Notes: generated by a model not told the origin, from the letters alone. DNA of 11,136 nt from an uncultured delta proteobacterium (GCA_963850305.1 CAWKKR010000010.1:1-11136), one strand, 5' to 3'. Numbered from the stretch's first letter, positions 1 to 7,212 are shown. Numbers and translations are program-made.

Positions 1-702
1 TTGGCGGCGCTCGACGTCTGGAGCGTCCCGAAGACGAGGATCCCCCCCGCCGGCTCCTTCGATTGCCAGGGAGATGGTTTCGAAATCTCGTAGCTCGCCG
101 ACCAGCAGGACGTCTGCGTCCTCGCGAAGCGCAGCTCGGAGCGCGGAGGCAAACGACTCCGCCTCGCGGCCGACCTCGCGGTGGGAGTGACCGATCGCTC
201 GTTCTGGTGGACGAATTCCAGGGGGTCTTCGACCGTGACGATGTGACGCGTGCGTTTGCGGTTGACGAGATTGATGATTGAGGCGAGAGCGGTCGACTTT
301 CCGCTCCCGGTCGGGCCCGTGACGAGAACCAGACCCGACTCGAGGTCGGCGAGAGTCCCACGACGGCCGGGAGCCCCAGCTGTTCGAAGGGGATGATGTT
401 CTCCGGCACGAGCCCAAAGACGGCCGCGACTCTGCTCTCTTGCTCCAGGTTGTTCCTGTGCAAGTGGGCCGTGCCGCCACTCGTACGCGAAGTCCAGATC
501 GCCCGAATCGACGAACGATTGCCACTGAACGTCGTCGACCAGCTCACACAGCATAGCCCGCAGAGCCGCGTCGTCGAGGCGCGGGCCGGGACGGGATGAA
601 CCTCTCCGTGTAGCGGATTGCAGGCGGCCTGCCCGCGGCCAGGTGCATATCGGACCCGTGGTCTTCCACGAGTCGAGTGAAGAACGCATGAAGCCTCGGC
701 AC
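1..702 (-). pseudogene. pilT: PilT/PilU-family type IV pilus retraction ATPase, 3'-truncated by the window edge and broken by about 6 frameshifts (sequence error or pseudogene)
   Basis: Manual translation from GTG at 702, which overlaps the TAG of the upstream gene, with frame switches: [73 protein letters not shown]/...[52 protein letters not shown] (Walker A)...[13 protein letters not shown] (Asp box)/[37 protein letters not shown] (Walker B)/[13 protein letters not shown]. Frame shifts lie near 613, 588, 478, 358, 188 and 45. Confidence 0.85.
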
Positions 703-2221
703 TATTTGAAGCGGTCCTTGTTTTCCGCGAAGCGCCGGGCCTGCGTCTTGTCGATGGTTCCGGCGGTCAGCAGTTCCGACAGGGAGTCGTCGAGAGTGAC
801 CATGCCCTGGCTCTTTCCGGTCTGCATGATCGAACCCACCTGGTATTCCTTTTCTTCGCGGATCAAGTTCGTGACCGCCGTGTTCACGATGAGCACCTCG
901 AGCGCGACGACGCGGCCGTTGCCGTCGCTCCGCGGAACCAGGCGCTGGCTCACGACCGCGCGCAGCGACTCCGAGAGCGTTCCCCGGACCTGCGCCTGTT
1001 CGTCCGCCGGGAACGCGCTGATGATGCGGCCAATGGTCTGGCCGGCGCTGCCGGTGTGGAGCGTGCCCATCACCAGATGTCCGGTCTCGGCGGCGGTCAT
1101 CGCCAGGCTCATCGTCTCTCGGTCCCGCAACTCGGTGATGGCGATGACGTCGGGGTCTTCACGCAGCGCCGCCCGCAAGCCGCGCGCGAACGATCGCGTG
1201 TGCGAACCGACCTGGCGTTGCGTCACGATGGCTTCTCCGCCGCGATAGACGAACTCGACAGGGTTTTCGATGGTGAGGATGTGATCCTTCCGCGACGCGA
1301 CGATGACGTTGAGCAACGCGGCGAGGGTCGTGCTCTTGCCGCATCCGGCGGGCCCGGTGCACAGCACCATCCCGGTGCGAAAATCTACGAGCCGCGCCAG
1401 GGCACTCGGTAGGCCGAGCTGCTCGAGCCGGGGCGGATCGGGTGGCAGGACCCTGAAAACGATGTCGAGCCCCCGGTGCTGGCGGTAAGCGTTGGCCCGG
1501 AAGCGTCCAATTTTCGGGAGCTCGAGCGCGAAGTCCACCTCGCCATCGGTCGCGAGTTTTTCCCACTGCTCGTCCGTGAGGATCTGCGCGATGACCGTCT
1601 CGGTGGCTTCCGCGCTCAGGGCTTTTTGCCCCTGGAACGGCAGCAAGCGCCCGGAGCCTCTTCCCATCAAGGGCGCGCCGGTGTGGAAATGAAGATCGCT
1701 CGCGCGGTGCTGGACCGCAAAGCGAAGCGCGCGGAGAAGGTATGGAGGCTTGGTCTCATCGTCGATGTTGGGGTCGGACACCTTTCGCCCGGCAATGACG
1801 GCGCGTGGAGGACTTCGCCGTGCGTGCGTCGCCACGACGGTCGGCTTCGGAGACAGAGACGGTCGCGCCGTCGCGGCGTCGATCGCCTCGTCAGACACGG
1901 CGAGGGCGGCATCGATCGTCGCGTCAGGCCCGGGCGCGACGACGGGTCTGGGCCCCGGAGCGCGCTCGGCCGGGGCGTCCCTTCCTCTCTGACGCTCGCT
2001 TTCCGGAACGAGGCGGCGCGAAGTGAGCAGCTGGTCGCGTCGCTCCATCAGCGTGCTGAAGCCTTCGGCGGTCAGCCAGCCGAGGTCCCGCGCGATTTCG
2101 GCTACGTTGCGGCTGCCGTCTTCCTCGCGGGCGCTGCGGGCGCAATCGACGATTTCGTCTCTCGTGTCAGAAGAGCGTGCTGCAGGGCCAGCTCGCCGAG
2201 CATGCGGTCCGTCGGATCCAT
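702..2221 (-). CDS. pilT: PilT-family retraction ATPase with an N-terminal MshEN-like helical domain and Pro/Ala-rich linker; apparent 2-nt frameshift at about 2158-2163 (the ORF track reads it as 702..2255)
   Basis: Motifs ASDLHF, GRFRANAYRQ, Walker A GPAGCGKSTT, Asp box TIENPVEF, ALREDPDVIAITELRD, His box GHLVMGTLHT, AVTNLIRE and MQTGKSQGM. ATG at 2221 has GAGGG 8 nt upstream and reads MDPTDRMLGELALQHALLTR. This joins DEIVDCAR... of the long frame if one GA is removed from the (GA)3 run. Confidence 0.9.
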
Positions 2222-2358
2222 GGGTAGAACCCTCGAATCTAGCCCGGATGCTCACTTTTCGCCACGCATCGAGATGCCTCCCAAATTTACCGTCAACGGA
2301 CCACGACCTCCGGCCTCTCTCCCAGATATGACGGCGGTCCGGAGGGGACTCCGCGCAG

Positions 2359-3120
2359 TCAGCCTTTGCCGTACCCCACGATGCGGTAAATCCATCGGCC
2401 GGCGAACTCGCGCACGGCGAGCGTGCTCAAGACGAGTGCGTCCGCGCGGGGAATGAAGGTTTGATGGAACTGACGATCGTGGGAGCGATAGTCCACGGGA
2501 AGTGTGTCGACCGCAAGACCAACGGCGCGAAAGCAGTCGAGCGCTCGCGGCATGTGAAAGGCGCTCGTGACGACGAGCACGGTCTTGAAGCCGTGTTGCT
2601 CGACGATGTGCTTCGAGAACAGGGCGTCCTCTCGCGTGTTCACCGAGCGATCTTCCAGGAGGATCCGCGAGGCCGAAATTCCCCAGCTTTCGAGCTGTGC
2701 CGCGAGGACACGCGCTTCGACGACATCGTCGCCCGGGGCGCCCGTTCCGCCAGTCACGATGACGTTGCTCGCGCGATCCGTGCGAAGCAGATCGAAGGTC
2801 GTGAGAAGACGTTCCACGGAGTCACCGTAGTTCGTGACGTGGAACGTCTGCGTCGCGCCGTGGTCCACCGGACCGCCGAGGAGGATCACGGCGTCGTAGT
2901 GGACATCGGCGCGGATGGTCCGCGGCGCGGAGCTTTCGAGACGGTAGAGGAGGTCGTTCGCGACGTAGTCGACCGAAAAGACATAGAGCACGAACACGGA
3001 CGCAAAGGCCGCCCATCGGGTAACCGGAGTCTTGCCGAGCACGGCGAGCAGCCCCCAGCACAGCGCCCAGCCGAGCGGCGTGAGCAGCACGTCGAGGGTC
3101 TTCGACAGCGCGTAGAACAA
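2359..3120 (-). CDS. YdcF/DUF218 family (ElyC/SanA-like) membrane-anchored envelope protein
   Basis: 253 aa, TTG start. Two N-terminal hydrophobic helices, then DAVILLGG, ERL, VIVTGG, ILLEDRSVNTREDA, LVVTSAFHMPRA and REFAG, which are typical DUF218 motifs. Confidence 0.9.
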   Translation of the reverse strand: MFYALSKTLDVLLTPLGWALCWGLLAVLGKTPVTRWAAFASVFVLYVFSVDYVANDLLYRLESSAPRTIRADVHYDAVILLGGPVDHGATQTFHVTNYGDSVERLLTTFDLLRTDRASNVIVTGGTGAPGDDVVEARVLAAQLESWGISASRILLEDRSVNTREDALFSKHIVEQHGFKTVLVVTSAFHMPRALDCFRAVGLAVDTLPVDYRSHDRQFHQTFIPRADALVLSTLAVREFAGRWIYRIVGYGKG

Positions 3121-3154
3121 AGCGGCGTTGCCGGGCCCCGTCCCTGAGAGCCGC

Positions 3155-3370
3155 TCAGGACCGCGGCTGGTCGCTCGCCGGCTTCTCTTTTTCTACGAGC
3201 GCGTGGGTGTCGGTTCGCGGCTGCTCGGGATCGGAGCCTGCGAGCCCTTCGCGGAACCCGCGAATGCCCTCGCCCATGCCCTTACCCAGCGAAGCTAGCC
3301 GGTTCGGCCCAAAAACGATGAGCACGATGATCAAGACGATCAGCCAGTGAACGGCGCTCATCGAACCCAT
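3155..3370 (-). CDS. tatA: Twin-arginine translocase subunit TatA/E
   Basis: 71 aa: MGSMSAVHWLIVLIIVLIVFG (TM helix plus FG hinge), amphipathic helix RLASLGKGMGEGIRGFREGL, and a charged tail. Confidence 0.93.
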   Translation of the reverse strand: MGSMSAVHWLIVLIIVLIVFGPNRLASLGKGMGEGIRGFREGLAGSDPEQPRTDTHALVEKEKPASDQPRS

Positions 3371-3415
3371 GGTGCCAGCGTCCTACCACGTCATTCGAGG
3401 CTCTGCCACCCAGGC

Positions 3416-3874
3416 TCAGATGATTTGCGGGCCGCCGCACGGCCCTGGACAGCTCAGGATGATGCATCCGTAGGCCTGAGGCTTGTTTCCAGAATCGGGG
3501 ATGACCGCCCGACCGAATTTACTGAAGCAGTCGGAGGGGTCCGCACCCGGTTCGGCAAGGCACGCCACCTGCTGATCGAGCGCGTCGCTGCAGGTCTTGT
3601 CGTTGAAGCAGGCCGTCGCCGCAGAGCAGCAATGCTTCGCAAGACACTGGCGGCACAGGTCCGAGCCCGCGTCAGCGCTGCAGGTTTCGGCGGCGACACC
3701 ACCTCCGGTGCCGGAGTCCATGGCACTGGCGCCACCAGAGCCGTGCTGACTCTTTCCGGAGTCAGCACCATCAACAGGAGTCATCTTCGACGAGTTGCCC
3801 GAATTGCTCGAACAAGCGCCGACAGTCAAGGTCCCGAGTCCCACGACGGCAAGAAGCCGAAAGATCAAGAGCAT
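3416..3874 (-). CDS. Cys-rich lipoprotein of unknown function
   Basis: 152 aa. Hydrophobic signal peptide with lipobox VGA-C21, Ser/Gly linker, then a domain with 12 Cys including CRQCLAKHCC and CIILSCPGPC. Confidence 0.8.
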   Translation of the reverse strand: MLLIFRLLAVVGLGTLTVGACSSNSGNSSKMTPVDGADSGKSQHGSGGASAMDSGTGGGVAAETCSADAGSDLCRQCLAKHCCSAATACFNDKTCSDALDQQVACLAEPGADPSDCFSKFGRAVIPDSGNKPQAYGCIILSCPGPCGGPQII

Positions 3875-3880
3875 GTTGAA

Positions 3881-3889
3881 ATAATATTA
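3881..3889 (-). promoter_or_regulatory. Possible -10 element just upstream of the Cys-rich lipoprotein start (possible leaderless transcript)
   Basis: Minus strand reads TAATATTAT-TTCAAC-ATG. This is an AT island in GC-rich DNA with TATTAT 6 nt before the ATG. No Shine-Dalgarno and no clear -35. Confidence 0.35.
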
Positions 3890-3981
3890 CGCGACGGACA
3901 CCAACGGGGAACTAATCCGCCACCAAAGAGAAGGTGCCGCGCGTCGCATCGCCGGCACCTTCCGCGTAACCCGCTAGCTTC

Positions 3982-5166
3982 TCAGAAGTAGCACTGCCAC
4001 GGGTTCGTCGCGACCGGCGACGAGTACATGCCGAACACGTTGCACATCTCGCCCGTGTAGGCCTTGTCCGAGAAGTTCAGCGTCACGTCGGTCTTGTTGT
4101 CGACCTCGCACTCCCAGGAGAACTGATCGGCGGGATTCGTCATGAAGATACCGCTGATCGGGCTCCCGGCCTTCGACGTAGTCGGGTCGGGGAGGGGATT
4201 CTTGATCACGGAGTTGTAACGGAACACCGTGGGCTCCGACCAATCGAAGTCATCGAACACCAGGCTCCTGGACGCCGCGCCCGCCTGTTGCCAGTACATC
4301 GACACACGCGTCGTGTTCGCGTGCATGTGCGCCGTGACTCCGAGCAGCCGACTACTCTGCAACGGTGGGTTGCAGCCAGTGGTCGGACTTTGCAGCACCG
4401 TGTGAACGCCCGGCGCGATCGCCATCGTCAACCCGCCGTACCATTCGACGGCCTTCACGATATCCGTGACTTCGCTGGCCGGCCTCTCGATGAGGTTGAC
4501 CCACATTTCCATGAGCACCGGGTCGTTCCCGATGTTGACGAAGTGCAGATTCATGTTGAGTTGCTCGTGTGCCGGCATCGGGGAGCCAAGCCCCTGGTCC
4601 TCCGGTGCGTCGCCGAACATCGCGGCGTCCTGGACCTCGCGCGTGGCGCCCGACAAGAAGTTCGCGCCGCCGGCCACCTCGGCATCACGGCTCGCGCAGC
4701 TGTCGGGCCCGGTGCTGTCGGGGAGGTCCGTGCCCCCTGCCAGGCCGAACATGATGTAGTGATGCGAGCCGGGTCGCATGTGGCTGTAGTACTCGCTCGT
4801 GTATATGTCCGTCGGGTTCGGCGACTTCATGTAGTAGCAAAAGTTCACGTCCGGCCCTTGCCCGGGGAATCCGCCCGCCGGCAGGGTCCACTTCGCGATT
4901 TCCTCGGGATCCGTGTAGTCCTTCGGGCCAACGTGGAGTTGAAAGCCGTTGTCCGGCGGCTTCATGCAGAGGTCGTCCCCGGGAAACCCTGGGTTGAAGT
5001 TATCGCAGGGCTCCGTCTTGCCGGCGTAGCAAGGGATCGCCCCGTTCGGATCGCACGTTTCGGCCTGGGTCCCGGTGTTGTCGCTCTTGCTCGTGCTGCC
5101 ACAGCCGACCGAAAGACCTGCCAGTCCCACCGCCAACGCTGCCACAGTGATTCCCCGAAGTGCCAT
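3982..5166 (-). CDS. Lipoprotein with copper type II ascorbate-dependent monooxygenase (PHM/DBH-like) domains
   Basis: Start reassigned to ATG 5166 (GAGG upstream), giving 394 aa with lipobox SVG-C22. CuH-type ligands GSHH (4759-4764) and NLHF (4543-4545); CuM-type ligands AHMH (4321-4329) and GEMC (4042-4050). Confidence 0.85.
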   Translation of the reverse strand: MALRGITVAALAVGLAGLSVGCGSTSKSDNTGTQAETCDPNGAIPCYAGKTEPCDNFNPGFPGDDLCMKPPDNGFQLHVGPKDYTDPEEIAKWTLPAGGFPGQGPDVNFCYYMKSPNPTDIYTSEYYSHMRPGSHHYIMFGLAGGTDLPDSTGPDSCASRDAEVAGGANFLSGATREVQDAAMFGDAPEDQGLGSPMPAHEQLNMNLHFVNIGNDPVLMEMWVNLIERPASEVTDIVKAVEWYGGLTMAIAPGVHTVLQSPTTGCNPPLQSSRLLGVTAHMHANTTRVSMYWQQAGAASRSLVFDDFDWSEPTVFRYNSVIKNPLPDPTTSKAGSPISGIFMTNPADQFSWECEVDNKTDVTLNFSDKAYTGEMCNVFGMYSSPVATNPWQCYF

Positions 5167-5209
5167 CGCGTACGCCTCGCTTTCGAAATCTGTACCGAAC
5201 GTTCTAGTT

Positions 5210-5238
5210 AACTTAGGCCAAGCGACCGGATTTGTCCA
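5210..5238 (-). promoter_or_regulatory. Putative sigma70-type promoter of the monooxygenase gene
   Basis: TGGACA (5238-5233), 17 nt, TAAGTT (5215-5210); ends 43 nt upstream of ATG 5166. The -10 overlaps the palindrome AGTTAACT (5206-5213). Confidence 0.5.
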
Positions 5239-5293
5239 GGACGCTTGGGGGCCACTCTCTTCGCCGTGCCCTCGGGCGACTAGTGATGGGGGA

Positions 5294-5323
5294 CCACGGG
5301 AACGGTCGGGACCTTTTCCGTGG
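5294..5323 (-). terminator. Stem-loop immediately downstream of cysE (possible terminator or 3' stabilising hairpin)
   Basis: CCACGGGAACGGTC-GG-GACCTTTTCCGTGG has 12 of 14 complementary positions and lies 9 nt past the cysE stop. No U-tract follows on the minus strand. Confidence 0.4.
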
Positions 5324-5332
5324 CTTCGGTTT

Positions 5333-6220
5333 TTATTCCCGTGGACGGCCGAAAAGTTTCGAGTTCGGAGGCACGGAGCGGTCGAGCCACACGTTCCCGC
5401 CAATGACCGAGCCCGCCCCGATCACCGTTTGACCGCCGAGGATGGTGGCACCCGCGTAGACCGTGACGTCATCCTCCAGCGTCGGGTGACGCTTCGTGCC
5501 GTTCGGCGCTTCCCGGTTGCGGGGCGCGCTGAGGGCGCCGAGCGTAACACCTTGATAAAGTTTCACATTGTTCCCGATGACCGACGTCTCACCGATGACG
5601 ACTCCGGTGCCGTGGTCGATGAAGAAATGCTCTCCGATGGTCGCCCCGGCGTGGATGTCGATCCCCGTTTCGGAGTGCGCGTGCTCCGACAGGATTCTGG
5701 GGATCATGGGAACCCCTTCGGCGTAAAGGACGTGCGCAATTCGATGCGCGGTGAGCGCGCGGATGATCGGGTAACTGAAGACGATTTCCTCGACGCTGTT
5801 GGCCGCCGGATCTCCAGCGAACGCGGCGGCGACGTCGGTGTTCAGGATTCGCCGGAGCTCCGGGAGCCGCCCGTAGAGTCGATAGACGACCTCTTCGGCG
5901 AAATCGAGCGCTCGCTGCCCTGGCCAGCTGCCGCGATTGGTCTCGTAAGTCACCGCGCGACCGATCTGCTCGACCAGCGACGAGAACGCTGGCCTGAGGT
6001 GGACCTGGATCGATTCCCGCAAGTTGGAGCGGTCGAGGGCGCCCTTGCTGTAGAAGCCCATGTAGATGACGGGCGGCAAGTGCAGAAACGCCTCGATGAC
6101 GGCTCGTCGGTTCGGTAGCGCCGCGCTCTCGAGGTTATTGATCTCGAGCGCGTCGTCGTAGCTCCGCGTCACGGCGTCGATGGCTTCGTCCAGCCGGCGG
6201 TCTTTGCGGTCGTCAGGCAT
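5333..6220 (-). CDS. cysE: Serine O-acetyltransferase (CysE/EpsC type)
   Basis: Likely start ATG 6220 (MPDDRKD, GGAG/GGA upstream), 295 aa. Motifs GDPAA, EIVFSYP, HRIAH, IPRILSEHAHSETGIDIHAGATIG, FFIDHGTGVVIGET, YQGVTLGA and KRHPTLED (hexapeptide left-handed beta helix). Confidence 0.93.
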   Translation of the reverse strand: MPDDRKDRRLDEAIDAVTRSYDDALEINNLESAALPNRRAVIEAFLHLPPVIYMGFYSKGALDRSNLRESIQVHLRPAFSSLVEQIGRAVTYETNRGSWPGQRALDFAEEVVYRLYGRLPELRRILNTDVAAAFAGDPAANSVEEIVFSYPIIRALTAHRIAHVLYAEGVPMIPRILSEHAHSETGIDIHAGATIGEHFFIDHGTGVVIGETSVIGNNVKLYQGVTLGALSAPRNREAPNGTKRHPTLEDDVTVYAGATILGGQTVIGAGSVIGGNVWLDRSVPPNSKLFGRPRE

Positions 6221-6365
6221 GCGTCCGTCCGCTCCGCGTACGCGGGGTCGAGGAGGGGGTACCGCGTGGTCTAGCATGGGCGGACAGATAACGCGCCGCC
6301 GTGGATCCTGGTCAGGAGCCTAACGGAAGTGGCGGCGTTGCGTTCGCGCGTTCCGGAAGGACGCG

Positions 6366-6725
6366 TCAGCGCAGCGCCGCGGCTTTCTGCTGGACCCACT
6401 CGGCGAGCGCCCGCGCCTCGGCCACGTCGATCTTCTTCTCGAAGCTCGGCATGGGCGTGTCGGGGTCGATGGAGGGTGCGTTGCGGATCCAGCGCGCGAC
6501 GCTTTCCGTCGGCTTGCCGAGGGCGCCCTTGAGCTTGTCGCGGTAGTAGCCGTGCTCACCGTGGCAGCCCGCGCACCCGACGTGGTGGAAGAGCGCGGCG
6601 GCGTCGGGCGCAGCTGGCGCCGCGGCACTCGGGGACGATTCTTCCGCGGCGACGGTGCGCGGGAGCAGACTGACGAGCGCGACTACTGCGAGACCCGTCA
6701 CGAGCATGCGAAGAGCGGCGTGCAT
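6366..6725 (-). CDS. Periplasmic monoheme class I cytochrome c
   Basis: Start ATG 6725 with GAGGGAG RBS, 119 aa. Sec signal peptide ending TVAA, Ala/Pro linker, CAGCH heme motif, WIRNAPSIDPDTPMPSF (distal Met) and a C-terminal helix ALAEWV. Confidence 0.9.
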   Translation of the reverse strand: MHAALRMLVTGLAVVALVSLLPRTVAAEESSPSAAAPAAPDAAALFHHVGCAGCHGEHGYYRDKLKGALGKPTESVARWIRNAPSIDPDTPMPSFEKKIDVAEARALAEWVQQKAAALR

Positions 6726-6736
6726 GGTCGTCTCCC

Positions 6737-7153
6737 TCAGAACGTGCCGGCGCGGGCGAGGAGCCCGGACGCGGCGTCCCTGCCGTTGGCCTCGAGACTT
6801 CCGAGCAACGGGTTGTCCGTGACCGTCACGCCGCGCACCGTGACGAGCCCGCGGAGACCTTCGATGTTGCGGAGCTCCGGGTTCCTCGCAACCACGACGG
6901 AGCGGGCCGCGTGGACGCCCTCGAGCCCGTCGAGCGTCTTCACGTCGGTCCCGGCAATCACCAGGTCCCCGTCGATCACGGCGCACTGCTCACCCACCGA
7001 GCGGACATCGGCTTCGGTGCGAATGACGACCGGCCCCTCGCAGACGAGGCGTGGCGCAGTCGCACCCGTCGCGGACGGAGCGGTCGTCGCTCCCATCCCG
7101 CACGCCGAGGTGAGCAGGCATCCCATGAGACCGATCGAAAATGCGTTCTTCAT
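6737..7153 (-). CDS. Small lipoprotein with receptor L-domain-like leucine-rich repeats
   Basis: 138 aa, GAGGGA RBS, lipobox TSA-C18. Sequence VCEGPVVIR...EQCAVIDGDLVI followed by repeats TLDGLEGV..VVVARNPELRNIEGLRGL..VTVTDNPLLGSL. Confidence 0.8.
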   Translation of the reverse strand: MKNAFSIGLMGCLLTSACGMGATTAPSATGATAPRLVCEGPVVIRTEADVRSVGEQCAVIDGDLVIAGTDVKTLDGLEGVHAARSVVVARNPELRNIEGLRGLVTVRGVTVTDNPLLGSLEANGRDAASGLLARAGTF

Positions 7154-7212
7154 TGTCGTTCCCTCAGTCGAGTCGTTGTTAGGCGGCCATGTCGCCGCTC
7201 GTGTCGCCCTTC

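Noticed and set aside
2158..2163. (GA)3 run as a phase-variation switch
   Set aside because: Three units is too short for a typical contingency repeat, and nearby indels point to sequence error.
2222..2255. GTG-2255 start of PilT given by the ORF track
   Set aside because: Its first 30 or so codons look like off-frame sequence. ATG 2221 has an RBS and gives a domain-like sequence once a 2-nt indel is corrected.
2249..2264. Possible sigma54 site TGGCGAAAAGTGAGCA upstream of pilT
   Set aside because: GG-N10-GC spacing is right, but the flanking consensus (CACG, TTGC) is poor and such matches are frequent in GC-rich DNA.
2300..2348. c-di-GMP-I riboswitch-like fragment (CCTCCGGCCT...ATGACGGCGG) or hairpin before pilT
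   Set aside because: It lies on the strand opposite the genes and lacks the GGCAAA, GAAA tetraloop and GCAAA elements. At most it is a CCTCCGG/CCGGAGG stem after the DUF218 gene.
3155..5166. Dedicated Tat export of the copper enzyme by the neighbouring TatA
   Set aside because: The signal peptide MALRGITV has a single Arg and no twin-arginine motif.
5167..5403. 79-aa N-terminal extension of the monooxygenase ORF
   Set aside because: It overlaps cysE, a hairpin and a promoter-like element; the signal peptide and RBS place the start at 5166.
6726..6986. Arg-rich extension of the cytochrome c ORF
   Set aside because: It is an alternative frame of the L-domain gene; the RBS and signal peptide begin at 6725.
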